This document shows positions 1 to 9,526 of a DNA stretch of 48,893 nucleotides, one piece after another. The position numbers and the translations under genes are program-made. The number at the start of each line of letters is the position of its first letter. The stretch's first letter is position 1. Below the pieces are notes generated by a model. That model was not told where the DNA came from. It searched no databases and saw only the letters and a list, made by a program, of their open reading frames with translations. The DNA lies in assembly GCA_018672235.1 (NCBI GenBank), contig JABHGE010000026.1, forward strand, positions 1-48,893, in the 5' to 3' direction. This DNA is from Fidelibacterota bacterium (GTDB lineage Bacteria; Fidelibacterota; Marinisomatia; Marinisomatales; Marinisomataceae).

Positions 1-520
1 AAATTTTGGTATTAATTTAGGATTTGGTCAAACTGCTATTATGGGAGCGCTCGTTCTTGTTCAATTTGTTGCATTTTTTGCCACATTGCTTTATATAAAA
101 TTTTCAGATAAAGTCGGTATAAAAAATGGAATTTATACAGCTATTTTTGCATATGTCTTTATTGTTCTTGGTGCATTTTTCGTTACAGAAGCATGGCATT
201 TCTATATTTTAGCAGTACTAATTGGCTGTTTTCAAGGAGGTATTCAAACTCTTAGTAGGAGTTTATATTCTCGCATTATTCCTGAAAATAAATCTGGTGA
301 ATTTTTCGGATTTTTCAATATGTGGGGTAAGTTTGCTGCAGTATTTGGACCTTTGATTATGGGTTCAGTTACAGTACTAATAAACAATGCCATCGCAGAT
401 CAAGAGCTCGCAGCACGTATCGGCTTCCAATCTATTATTATACTCCTCTTATTAGGTGCTTATGTATTTTCAAAGGTAGATTTGGCTGAGGGTGAAGCCA
501 TGGCTAAAAAATTGTCATAA
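1..520 (+). CDS. MFS transporter (UMF1/Atg22-like), 5'-truncated by the window edge
   Basis: Frame is open from position 2 (NFGINLGFGQTAIM...). Multiple TM helices; motif GGIQTLSRSLYSRIIP...GEFFGF typical of the UMF1 MFS C-terminal half. Confidence 0.85.
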   Translation, partial: NFGINLGFGQTAIMGALVLVQFVAFFATLLYIKFSDKVGIKNGIYTAIFAYVFIVLGAFFVTEAWHFYILAVLIGCFQGGIQTLSRSLYSRIIPENKSGEFFGFFNMWGKFAAVFGPLIMGSVTVLINNAIADQELAARIGFQSIIILLLLGAYVFSKVDLAEGEAMAKKLS

Positions 521-582
521 TTTTGATTTATTATTTGAATAAATAACTATCAATAGAAAAACAATTCTTTTAAATTGAAGCA

Positions 583-990
583 ATGAGTAATCCAATAACC
601 AACTATTCAGAGCTAGTTCAGCATCAACATATTAATAGTGTGAACACCCTATTTGGGGGTTATATGTTAGCATGGCTAGACTTGGCTGCAGGAAAAGCAT
701 CGAGTCGTTTTTTAAAAGAAACAGAAGCTTCTAGTGCGGTAACAAGAGCTATGGATAGTGTAGAATTTAAAGAACCTGTCTTTTTAGGAGATTGGGTGAA
801 TTGCGAAGCAGTTGTGTATGAAGCTGGAAAATCTTCTATTAAAATTGCGGTAAAAGCTTATGCAGAAAGTAAAGTGCATGGTAAACGTTTAGCTTGTACA
901 GCAAACTTTACTTTTGTTGCAGTCATTAAAAATGAAAATAATGAATTTGTAAAATTTGATCACAATATTTCTTTAGAAAAGGAGAATTAG
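583..990 (+). CDS. Acyl-CoA thioesterase (hotdog fold, YciA-like)
   Basis: NTLFGGYMLAWLDLAAG, VTRAMDSVEFKEPV, GKSSIKI motifs. Confidence 0.9.
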   Translation: MSNPITNYSELVQHQHINSVNTLFGGYMLAWLDLAAGKASSRFLKETEASSAVTRAMDSVEFKEPVFLGDWVNCEAVVYEAGKSSIKIAVKAYAESKVHGKRLACTANFTFVAVIKNENNEFVKFDHNISLEKEN

Positions 991-993
991 GTA

Positions 994-2421
994 ATGGCCC
1001 ACATTAAAAAATTAGAATATGATACTAATATGGATAACGTTAAGGATAGCGATATATTAGCGATAGGTGTTTATGAAGATAAGAATGATTCAGACTTAGT
1101 TAAGAGTCAAATTAAAGGTAAAGTGGGAGAGCTTGCTTACGACTTCAATGATAATCAAAAAACGCTTTATTTTGGATTAGGAAAATTTGACAAAGCAACA
1201 CCCGAAGATTTGAGAAGAGCAGCAGGTGCAATAATGACATTTATTATTAGTAATAAATATTCTTCCGTTTCAGTGGAATGCCCTAAATCGGATAGTCATG
1301 ATGATTATTTTTGTCAGGCATTTTCAGAAGGTCTTGTACTGGGAAGTTATCGTTTCTTAGACTTTTTTACAGATGAAAGAGGCAAATATCATTTAGAAAA
1401 AATTACAATGGTTGGTGAGTGTTGTGCTGATGCATCTAAAAAAGGAGCTACAATAGGAAATGCTGTATGTGAAGCTCGAAATTTGGCCAATAATCCACCA
1501 AATGTGAGTACACCTTCACGTTTAGCTGAATTTGCCCAAGAAGTAGGTAAAAGAGGCGATATGAAAGTAACAGTATTTGATAGAGAAGAATTTACAAAGA
1601 TGGGAATGGGTGCTTTTGCTGGTGTTGCACAAGGTACTAATGAACCTCCAAAATTTATCATTATGGAATATTTTGGTGCAGATTCAAAAGATGAGAAGCC
1701 TGTAGTGTTAGTAGGTAAAGGATTGACATTTGATACAGGTGGAATTTCATTAAAGCCAGGAGCAAAAATGGATGAAATGAAATTTGATATGTGTGGTTCT
1801 GCGATTGTGCTTGGAGCGATGAATGCTGTTGCAGACTTAAGACCAAAAAAGAATATTGTAGCTATTGTTCCGTCAACGCATAATATGTTAGGCGGATCTG
1901 CTTTTTTACCTGGTGATATTCTAACAGCATATAATGGAAAAACAATTGAGATATTGAATACGGATGCAGAAGGAAGATTAATTCTTGCAGATGCACTTGC
2001 TTATGCAAGTAAACATTATGATCCTGCTTTTATGATTGATTTTGCTACATTGACAGGAGCTTGCGTGGTAACATTTGGACATATTGCAACGGCTATACTT
2101 GGAAATAACCCTGATCTTATCAAAAGCATTGAAAAATCATCTAAAAATACTGGTGAACTTGTATGGGAATTGCCTCTATGGGATGAGTATTGCGATCAAG
2201 TAAAATCTAATATATCTGATGTTAAAAATTTAGGCTCACCCGGACAAGCTGGAACAATAGCCGGAGCAGCATTTTTAAAAGCGTTTGTAGGAAAAGATAT
2301 TCCTTGGACTCATTTTGATGTTGCTGGAACATCTTGGGGTGTAGAGAATAGAAGCTATATTCAAAAAGATGGCGCTTCAGGGCAGGTAGTTAGGCTCGTT
2401 CTTGATTTAATCGGTGCTTAA
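994..2421 (+). CDS. pepA: Leucyl aminopeptidase (M17)
   Basis: VGKGLTFDTGGISLK, MKFDMCG, NTDAEGRLILAD, ATLTGA motifs. Confidence 0.97.
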   Translation: MAHIKKLEYDTNMDNVKDSDILAIGVYEDKNDSDLVKSQIKGKVGELAYDFNDNQKTLYFGLGKFDKATPEDLRRAAGAIMTFIISNKYSSVSVECPKSDSHDDYFCQAFSEGLVLGSYRFLDFFTDERGKYHLEKITMVGECCADASKKGATIGNAVCEARNLANNPPNVSTPSRLAEFAQEVGKRGDMKVTVFDREEFTKMGMGAFAGVAQGTNEPPKFIIMEYFGADSKDEKPVVLVGKGLTFDTGGISLKPGAKMDEMKFDMCGSAIVLGAMNAVADLRPKKNIVAIVPSTHNMLGGSAFLPGDILTAYNGKTIEILNTDAEGRLILADALAYASKHYDPAFMIDFATLTGACVVTFGHIATAILGNNPDLIKSIEKSSKNTGELVWELPLWDEYCDQVKSNISDVKNLGSPGQAGTIAGAAFLKAFVGKDIPWTHFDVAGTSWGVENRSYIQKDGASGQVVRLVLDLIGA

Positions 2422-2645
2422 TGAATAAATTAAAAATTATTAATACTACTCAGTATTCTTTACAGCTACTTACGGCGTTATTTTTACTTTATTTTACTGT
2501 TAATTCAGACACTCCAGAGAGAATTGTCATCCCAGTTTTATTAATCTGTGTTTGGACCTTAGGGTTTGCTCAGCGTAGAATTACAAGAAGAAGAGTGAAT
2601 AGATTAAGGAAAGATGATAATAAGAATGTCTTACATGAGGGTTAA
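2421..2645 (+). CDS. Small hypothetical membrane protein (2 TM, basic C-terminal tail)
   Basis: ATG overlaps the pepA stop (TAATG); two hydrophobic stretches. Confidence 0.6.
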   Translation: MNKLKIINTTQYSLQLLTALFLLYFTVNSDTPERIVIPVLLICVWTLGFAQRRITRRRVNRLRKDDNKNVLHEG

Positions 2646-2652
2646 ATAAAGA

Positions 2653-3366
2653 ATGAATAAATTATTTATAGATGATATTTCTCTCGATCAAGAAAATCAT
2701 AAATATGAATTAAGCGAAAATCCTGACTTCCATTTCTCGAGTGTAACGGAATTTATCCATCATTTTTTTGAAAAATTTGATCAAGTCGGTATTGCTCAAA
2801 AATTAATTAATACTCATCCAAAATACAGCGGCAAAACAGTGGATGAAGTAATTAAAGAGTGGGGTAAGGGTGCAATAAGAGGAACTATTGTTCATAATGA
2901 GCTAGAGGCATTTATTAAGGATAATATTACACCAAAACATGAGATGTCTATCATGGGAGCAGAGTGGATTAAAGAAAAACAAAAAGATCCTGATAATACA
3001 TTCTTTTCTGAGGTTATTATTTATTCTAAAGAATTAGGTATTGCTGGAACAATTGATGTCTTAGTATATAATAAAAAACAGGATACATACCATCTTGTTG
3101 ACTGGAAAACTAATAAGCGTATCGATAAAACATCATATAAAAAGAAGGTAGGTATCTTAAGCTCTACAGCGCATATGCAAGACTGTAATTTTAATCATTA
3201 TTCGTTACAGCTTTCATTCTATAGATATCTTCTAGAACGTTACTATGGCATTACTATCGGCAGTCAAACTCTTTTCCACTTAAAAGAAAATAGGTATGAA
3301 ATTTTTCCTGTAAATTATTATGAAGAAGAATTGATAAATATGTTAAGAGAAAAAGAGTTGATATGA
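2653..3366 (+). CDS. PD-(D/E)XK nuclease superfamily protein (RecB-like/phage exonuclease-like)
   Basis: SSVT, RGTIVHNELE, GIAGTIDVL, VDWKT, YSLQLSFY motifs of RecB-family nuclease domains. Confidence 0.85.
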   Translation: MNKLFIDDISLDQENHKYELSENPDFHFSSVTEFIHHFFEKFDQVGIAQKLINTHPKYSGKTVDEVIKEWGKGAIRGTIVHNELEAFIKDNITPKHEMSIMGAEWIKEKQKDPDNTFFSEVIIYSKELGIAGTIDVLVYNKKQDTYHLVDWKTNKRIDKTSYKKKVGILSSTAHMQDCNFNHYSLQLSFYRYLLERYYGITIGSQTLFHLKENRYEIFPVNYYEEELINMLREKELI

Positions 3367-3399
3367 TAGAGTCTATAATAATTTTATAAAGAAAAATAT

Positions 3400-4002
3400 C
3401 TACAAACTTGCAAAATAGAAAAAATCTATTATTACATATAAAAATAAATAACCCATTATTTCCCATAATACATTATTGATTCCTTTAATTTTTACTTCAA
3501 TCCTATCCTCAGATTTTGTTTTCTTATATTTAAAGATATTCGGTAGTAATCGTGGTGTTGATTCATAATAGGCTTTATAAGACTCGTCATGGGCGCTTAA
3601 AAGGACTTTCTCTTCATTTATTATAGTTGGAACATGAAATAGAATAAATACTGATAATAGCGCGATTGATATAGGAATTGACTTAATTGCAAAGCATATC
3701 CCTAATAATATTGTTAAGCTAAAGAAGTATAGAGGGTTTCTTACCATTGAATAAGGCCCATCTTTAATCAATTTTTTTGTTTTAAATCCCTCTAGATATA
3801 GAGACGACCATATTCTTCCAAATCCTCCAAGTACAACAAGAGCGAAACCTATACAACTGAATAAGATTGATGTATTAAGATCTATATCTAAATTATAAGC
3901 AGAAAAATTATTATCAAGAATGATCAAGGTAATTATTGATAGGATAGATAGTCTTAATACTATAATTCTTTTTTTAGCTACCAGATTTTTTTTCGTTACC
4001 AT
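3400..4002 (-). CDS. Isoprenylcysteine carboxyl methyltransferase/phospholipid methyltransferase family membrane protein
   Basis: LIKDGPYSMVRNPLY, EEKVL, Y..Y...TPRLLP motifs. Confidence 0.88.
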   Translation of the reverse strand: MVTKKNLVAKKRIIVLRLSILSIITLIILDNNFSAYNLDIDLNTSILFSCIGFALVVLGGFGRIWSSLYLEGFKTKKLIKDGPYSMVRNPLYFFSLTILLGICFAIKSIPISIALLSVFILFHVPTIINEEKVLLSAHDESYKAYYESTPRLLPNIFKYKKTKSEDRIEVKIKGINNVLWEIMGYLFLYVIIDFFYFASL

Positions 4003-4028
4003 AATGTTCTCTTTATTCCTTTAAGTTT

Positions 4029-4520
4029 TTATTTGATTGAAACGCGCTTCTCTTGAACTAATTCACATCCCGGAATATTTTCTCCATTTTTTAATGCTTC
4101 TTTAATTTTAGTTTTATCAATCGATTGTACTTCTTTTGTTTCAAGAAAATCTCTTGGGATATCTTTTTCATTGGTGATAACAACTTTATGAGGATTGTTT
4201 TGAATAGTGATAGTGATTTCAGAACTCTCTATTTTTTGTGTGTTAGTTTTTTCTAGATTATATCTTAAATATTCTTTGAGATGTTTTATCTTAGATTCAA
4301 TCGATGTTCTTCTTTTGTGTTGTCTGGATTCGACTTCTTTAATGCCGCTAGCAGCATGCTCTAGGTTTTTAATATATTTAGCTACATTAGTAGTTTTAAG
4401 TTTGAATTCACCTTCAAGCGACTCTAGAGTGTCTTTAACTGATTGGTCATCTAAGTCCGTGAGATTTTCTAAGGCTTCTTTAAACTCATCTGCAAGTTCA
4501 TATAGACTAGGTAATGACAT
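4029..4520 (-). CDS. Siphovirus Gp157 family protein
   Basis: N-terminal SLYEL, DTLESLEGEF..K..NVAKYIKNLE, LKEYL, NNPHKVVI, DIP..F, IDKTKIKEALKNGENIPGCELVQ; 163 aa is typical for the family. Confidence 0.9.
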   Translation of the reverse strand: MSLPSLYELADEFKEALENLTDLDDQSVKDTLESLEGEFKLKTTNVAKYIKNLEHAASGIKEVESRQHKRRTSIESKIKHLKEYLRYNLEKTNTQKIESSEITITIQNNPHKVVITNEKDIPRDFLETKEVQSIDKTKIKEALKNGENIPGCELVQEKRVSIK

Positions 4521-4532
4521 AGATTAATATAT

Positions 4533-4565
4533 AAAAAAATACCCTGAAATAATCAGAGTATTTTT
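4533..4565 (-). terminator. Intrinsic terminator downstream of the NADP-dependent oxidoreductase
   Basis: Minus strand: UACUCUGA-UUAUU-UCAGGGUA followed by U7; one position pairs (G-U) only on the minus strand. Confidence 0.75.
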
Positions 4566-4610
4566 CAAATACAATTCAATGGATAATCAAAAAGGCCGAT
4601 ATAAGCTAAT

Positions 4611-5624
4611 TTAAATTTCTATAAGTTGCTTTCCGAAATTTTTACCTGTTAGAACATCTCTTAAAGCTTGAGGGGCATTTTCAAAACCTTTCGTAATAGT
4701 TTCTCTATAAAATAATTTTTCCTCTGAGATCAATTTAGATATTTCATTGGTCGCTTTTTCCCATTCGCTCATCCATTCTGTTACAACAAAGAATCTATGT
4801 TCAGGTTTGGGATCAAGTGCGCCTAAAACATGAAATGGTGTTTCCATTTTAGACATATCTTCGACATTGTATTGAGATATAAACCCACAAATTGGAACCC
4901 TTGCACCCTCATTAAGAAGGGGGGAAATTGCTCGTGTTACTGCTCCACCAACATTCTCAAAATAAATGTCTATTCCTTTGTCACAAGCATTTCTAAGATC
5001 TTCTTCTAAATTGCCTGCTTTATAGTCTATACAATCATCAAATTTTAAAATATCTTTAACATAAGAACACTTTTCTGGACCGCCAGCTATACCAATTACG
5101 TGACACCCATAAGATTTTGCTAATTGTCCAACAACGGTTCCGACAGCTCCTGATGCAGCTGAAACAACCACGGTCTCTCCAGATTTAGGCTTTCCAACGT
5201 TATTTAGACCGAAGAAGGCAGTCCTTCCAGGCATTCCTGCTGTTCCTAAGTAAGTCGATAGTGGTATATTAGATTCAGGCACTTTAAATAAAGTAGGATC
5301 AGTATCTTTTACTTTGATATATGTTTGCCAACCTTTATGAGCGCATACTTTATCACCAATTGCATATAGAGTAGAGTTAGTTTCAACAACGATACCGACA
5401 GTTTCACCAGTCATAGGTTCTCCAATCTTAGCTGGTTCGGCATAGGAAGAACCATCATTCATTCGACCTCTCATATACGGATCAATTGATAGATATTTAA
5501 CTTCAATAAGAATTTCATTGTCTTCTAAGGACGTTATTGCTTCACTGTTCACTTTCCAGCAATCATCTTCTGGCATTCCTTTTGGTCTTTTATTTAAAAG
5601 TAATTGTGTATTTTTATATTCCAT
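4611..5624 (-). CDS. NADP-dependent oxidoreductase (CurA/YncB, prostaglandin reductase-like MDR family)
   Basis: YLSIDPYMRGRM, GMPGRTAFFGL, VSAASGAVG, GIDIYFENVGG, GKNFGK; SD GAGG upstream. Confidence 0.92.
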   Translation of the reverse strand: MEYKNTQLLLNKRPKGMPEDDCWKVNSEAITSLEDNEILIEVKYLSIDPYMRGRMNDGSSYAEPAKIGEPMTGETVGIVVETNSTLYAIGDKVCAHKGWQTYIKVKDTDPTLFKVPESNIPLSTYLGTAGMPGRTAFFGLNNVGKPKSGETVVVSAASGAVGTVVGQLAKSYGCHVIGIAGGPEKCSYVKDILKFDDCIDYKAGNLEEDLRNACDKGIDIYFENVGGAVTRAISPLLNEGARVPICGFISQYNVEDMSKMETPFHVLGALDPKPEHRFFVVTEWMSEWEKATNEISKLISEEKLFYRETITKGFENAPQALRDVLTGKNFGKQLIEI

Positions 5625-5721
5625 TATTTTTCCTCATATTTGATTGGATTAAATTTATTTTAAAGTATACGTATTAACAAGTAGGCACTATTTTTTAAGT
5701 ATAGTTATAGAATAAAGACTA

Positions 5722-7095
5722 TTATAATTCTTTGATTTCTTTTAGAAGGTCATTGAGCATGTCTTTTGCATCACCAAATACCATTATAGAATTATCATAA
5801 CCAAATAATTCATTTTGGACGCCAGCAAAGCCAGGATTCATACTTCTTTTATTGATAATAACAGTACGAGATTTATCTACATTCAAGATAGGCATACCAT
5901 ATATAGGACTAGATTTATCATGTCTTGCTGCAGGATTAACAACATCGTTTGCTCCAAGAATTAATGCAACATCACAATCTTCAAATTCAGGATTAATTTC
6001 ATCTAAATCTTTAAGTAAGTCATATGAAACATTAGCTTCAGCCAGTAGCACATTCATATGTCCTGGCATTCTACCAGCTACAGGATGAATAGCATATAGC
6101 ACTTTTTTACCTTGAGCCTCTAATGTATCAGCTACTTCTCTTGCAACGTGTTGTGCTTGCGCTACAGCTAATCCATAGCCTGGTACAATAATAATTTTTT
6201 CAGCAGCATCAAGAATCATTGCAGCTTCTGTTGTTGAATAGCTTTTAATATTCATTCCTTTTTGATCTGAATCACCGCCAGTAGGTGTTGCACCCACAGC
6301 TCCAAAAATTACATTTGCTAAAGATCTATTCATTCCTTTGCACATAATATTTGTCAAGATTAATCCAGAAGCACCAACTAGAGAACCACTGATAATAAGT
6401 GCATTATTACCAAGTAAGAAACCTGTAGCCGCAGCTGCTATTCCAGAGTATGAGTTTAATAATGAAATGACCACAGGCATATCAGCGCCTCCAATTGGAA
6501 TGGTAAGACCAATACCAAGTATAAGCGCTAAAACTGTAATCGTATAAAATATTGTATCATTTGGTAATAAGCTAAAATTATGAGCAGACAACAATGCAAT
6601 CATAGAGGTAAAAATCAATGCATTGATAGCCTGTTGTCCTGTAAAGGTAATAGCTCTTCCAGATATAAATCCTTGAAGTTTTCCAAATGCAATGAAACTT
6701 CCAGAGAAGGTTAATGTTCCAATTAACACACTCAAACACATGATAATATAAGAGCTATCTGATCCTGAGAAATATTCAGAAGATGCAACAAAACCAGAGG
6801 CTGCTCCACCCAATCCATTAAATATAGCTACCATCTGAGGCATCTGAGTCATTTCAACGCGAGCTGCAATAACAATACCTAAAATAGAACCAATTCCTAC
6901 ACCTAAGGCAATCAATTGCCAGTCAAAATTTGCGCCCGATGTTAGTGTTGCTATAATAGCAACTAGCATACCAAGTGAAGCTAAAAAGTTTCCACTTCTT
7001 GCAGTCTTTGGATGAGAAAGACGTTTGATTCCTACAATAAATCCAATTGCAGAAATCAGGTATAATAAGTTTTGTATATCAGTTTGATTCATCAT
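5722..7095 (-). CDS. pntB: NAD(P) transhydrogenase subunit beta
   Basis: IGGADMPVVISLLNSYSG, PGYGLAVAQAQH, HPVAGRMPGHMNVLLAEA, GANDVVNPAA. Confidence 0.98.
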   Translation of the reverse strand: MMNQTDIQNLLYLISAIGFIVGIKRLSHPKTARSGNFLASLGMLVAIIATLTSGANFDWQLIALGVGIGSILGIVIAARVEMTQMPQMVAIFNGLGGAASGFVASSEYFSGSDSSYIIMCLSVLIGTLTFSGSFIAFGKLQGFISGRAITFTGQQAINALIFTSMIALLSAHNFSLLPNDTIFYTITVLALILGIGLTIPIGGADMPVVISLLNSYSGIAAAATGFLLGNNALIISGSLVGASGLILTNIMCKGMNRSLANVIFGAVGATPTGGDSDQKGMNIKSYSTTEAAMILDAAEKIIIVPGYGLAVAQAQHVAREVADTLEAQGKKVLYAIHPVAGRMPGHMNVLLAEANVSYDLLKDLDEINPEFEDCDVALILGANDVVNPAARHDKSSPIYGMPILNVDKSRTVIINKRSMNPGFAGVQNELFGYDNSIMVFGDAKDMLNDLLKEIKEL

Positions 7096-7364
7096 TTTTT
7101 CTTAAACATTTTTAACATTCTATCTGTTACCAAAAATCCACCTACAACATTAACTGTTGCACAAATTAGCGCTGCTAACCCAAGGTATGTACTAAGCTCT
7201 CCGTCCATAGTAATGGCTAGTAAAGCTCCTACAATCGCAATACCTGAAATGGCATTTGATCCAGACATTAAAGGTGTATGTAGGGTAGGAGGTACTTTAT
7301 TAATAATTTCATTACCAACAAACACTGCTAATATAAAAATTGTTATTAAATTAATAATATCCAC
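7092..7364 (-). CDS. pntAB: NAD(P) transhydrogenase subunit alpha, membrane part (alpha-2)
   Basis: VPPTLHTPLMSGSNAISG, NVVGGFLVTDRMLKMF. Confidence 0.96.
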   Translation of the reverse strand: MDIINLITIFILAVFVGNEIINKVPPTLHTPLMSGSNAISGIAIVGALLAITMDGELSTYLGLAALICATVNVVGGFLVTDRMLKMFKKK

Positions 7365-8485
7365 TATAAAGCCTCTTTGGTTGGTTGGTGTCTAATTTCA
7401 CCATTTTCAACAAATAACATTCCATCTATAATTTCATCTTCTTTATTAAGTTTAAAGCCATCTTCGCCATGACAATGTTCAATAATAGCCTGTACATTTT
7501 TTGAAAATAGCTGACTAGCATCTATTGCCATTGTACTTGGGAAGTTAGTGTTACCATCAATTAGTACATCATTATGATATACTATCTCATCTGGTTTTGT
7601 TAATTCGCAATTTCCACCATTCTCTGATGCTAAATCCATAATTACAGAACCAGGTTTCATACCTTCAACCATTTCTTTTGGAATAAGTATTGGTGCTGGC
7701 CTATTAGGAATGAGAGCGGTAGTAATAACTAAATCAGATTTTGAAATTCTTTCTTTCATTACTTGTTGTTGGCGTAACTTGTATGCATCGCTAGTTTCTT
7801 TAGCATATCCGCCTGATCCTACTCCATCATCACTATCATTTTCTACTTCTACAAATTTTGCTCCTAAACTTTCTACTTGCTCTTTAACCTCAGGTCTTAC
7901 ATCAAATGCTTCTACTTGAGCTCCTAATCTTTTTGCTGTTGCAATTGCTTGCAATCCAGCAACACCTGCTCCAATAACTAGAATTCTTGATGGAGAGATA
8001 GTTCCTGCTGCTGTCATTAGAAGTGGCATATATTTTCCAATATGATTCGCTCCAATTAAGACGGCTTTATAGCCTGCAATATTTGCTTGAGAACTTAGAA
8101 TATCCATTTTTTGAGCTAAAGTCGTTCTTGGTAGTAAGTTTAAAGAAAATGCAGAACATTTAGCGCCTTGTAAGTCTTTGACTAGATCAATATCTTTAAT
8201 TGTTTGAAATAGTGAAATTAGTAAGCAGTCTTTTTTTAATAGATTAATCTCTTCCTTAATAGGAGAATTAACTTTTGCTATAATGTTGCAATCAAACACT
8301 TCATTTTTTTCAACAATTTTTGCACCAGCTTCTACATAAAGATTATCTGAATAGTTTGATGCGGCGCCAGCATTTTTTTCTACGAAGAATGAATAACCCT
8401 TTTTTGTGAGGGCTGAGACTGTTGAGGGTATGATTGCAACCCTTTTTTCACCAGCTTTTCTTTCTTTTAATACGCCAATTTTCAT
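7364..8485 (-). CDS. pntAA: NAD(P) transhydrogenase subunit alpha, soluble domain I (alpha-1)
   Basis: EKRVA, SSQANIAGYKAV, GAGVAGLQAI, GGYAKE, TTALIP, DLASENGGNC. Confidence 0.97.
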   Translation of the reverse strand: MKIGVLKERKAGEKRVAIIPSTVSALTKKGYSFFVEKNAGAASNYSDNLYVEAGAKIVEKNEVFDCNIIAKVNSPIKEEINLLKKDCLLISLFQTIKDIDLVKDLQGAKCSAFSLNLLPRTTLAQKMDILSSQANIAGYKAVLIGANHIGKYMPLLMTAAGTISPSRILVIGAGVAGLQAIATAKRLGAQVEAFDVRPEVKEQVESLGAKFVEVENDSDDGVGSGGYAKETSDAYKLRQQQVMKERISKSDLVITTALIPNRPAPILIPKEMVEGMKPGSVIMDLASENGGNCELTKPDEIVYHNDVLIDGNTNFPSTMAIDASQLFSKNVQAIIEHCHGEDGFKLNKEDEIIDGMLFVENGEIRHQPTKEAL

Positions 8486-8580
8486 ATCAATTTCAACGCT
8501 GTAAAATTACACAATTCTTATTAATCAGCAACAAATTTATTATCTATTAAAAATATAATTTATATTAATTAAGTTAGACC

Positions 8581-9525
8581 ATGAATTTATATCCAACTGC
8601 AGAACTATTTAATTCTTTTCATCTACCTGTATCTGATATTCACAATATATATGTGGAAGAGTCGGGTAATAAGGATGGAAAGCCTGTTATTTTTCTTCAT
8701 GGGGGTCCTGGAGGGGGAATTGATCCTTCTTATAGGCAGTACTTTAACCCTGAAAAATGGCGCATTATTATGTTTGATCAAAGAGGGTGCGGAAAAAGTA
8801 CTCCATTTGCTGAGCTTAATCAAAACACTACATGGGATTTAGTAGAAGATATTGAGAAAATAAGAAAGCATTTAGGCGTTGAATCTTGGGTAGTATTTGG
8901 TGGAAGTTGGGGGAGTACTTTGTCTTTAGCTTACAGTCAAACACATCCATCTGTATGTAAGGCGCTCATTTTAAGGGGTATTTTTCTATTAAGAAAAAAA
9001 GAGATTCGTTGGTTTTATCAAGAAGGAGCAAGTAAAATATTTCCTGATGCATGGGAGAAATTTTTAGAACCTATCCCTAAAGATAAACAAAACAACCTTC
9101 TTAAAGCTTATTATAATCTGCTAACACATGAAGATTCTTCTAAGAGAATTAAAGCAGCAAAAGCATGGAGTATTTGGGAGGGTAGTACAGTAAAGTTAAT
9201 TCAAAATAAAGCATTAATAGAGCACTCGTCTGACTCAAGATTTGCAGAAGCATTTTCAAGAATAGAATGCCATTATTTTACAAATAATGGGTGGTTTGAT
9301 ACTGACAATTATTTAATTGAAAATATAGATAAAATTAGACACATACCAACAGTCATAGTCCACGGAAGATATGATGTGGTTTGTCCAGTTGAAAATGCCT
9401 GGGAGCTTCACAAAGCGTGGCCAGAGTCAGATTTGCATATCATTCCAGATTCAGGACATGCAATGTCTGAAGAGGGAATCAAGGATAAGCTTATTGAGTA
9501 TACAGATAAGTTTTCAAAGCTATAG
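8581..9525 (+). CDS. pip: Proline iminopeptidase (S33)
   Basis: FLHGGPGGG, FDQRGCGKSTP, VFGGSWGSTL, HGRYDVVCP, SGH catalytic motifs. Confidence 0.96.
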   Translation: MNLYPTAELFNSFHLPVSDIHNIYVEESGNKDGKPVIFLHGGPGGGIDPSYRQYFNPEKWRIIMFDQRGCGKSTPFAELNQNTTWDLVEDIEKIRKHLGVESWVVFGGSWGSTLSLAYSQTHPSVCKALILRGIFLLRKKEIRWFYQEGASKIFPDAWEKFLEPIPKDKQNNLLKAYYNLLTHEDSSKRIKAAKAWSIWEGSTVKLIQNKALIEHSSDSRFAEAFSRIECHYFTNNGWFDTDNYLIENIDKIRHIPTVIVHGRYDVVCPVENAWELHKAWPESDLHIIPDSGHAMSEEGIKDKLIEYTDKFSKL

Positions 9526-9526
9526 A

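Noticed and set aside
2653..3366. Cas4 / CRISPR locus
   Set aside because: Only one Cys, so the Cas4 Fe-S ligand set is missing; no repeat-spacer array or other cas genes in the window.
2653..4520. Prophage or integrated element around Gp157 and the nuclease
   Set aside because: No integrase, terminase, structural genes, tRNA target or flanking direct repeats seen; neighbours are ordinary cellular genes.
5722..8485. Split pntA as a frameshifted pseudogene
   Set aside because: The three-gene pntAA-pntAB-pntB layout is a well-known natural form, and both parts have intact motifs and coupled starts.
8499..8514. Imperfect palindrome CTGTAAAATTACACAA upstream of pntAA as a Rex operator
   Set aside because: Spacing is shorter than the 18-bp TTGTGAAnnnnTTCACAA consensus and there are several mismatches; plausible by chance in AT-rich DNA.
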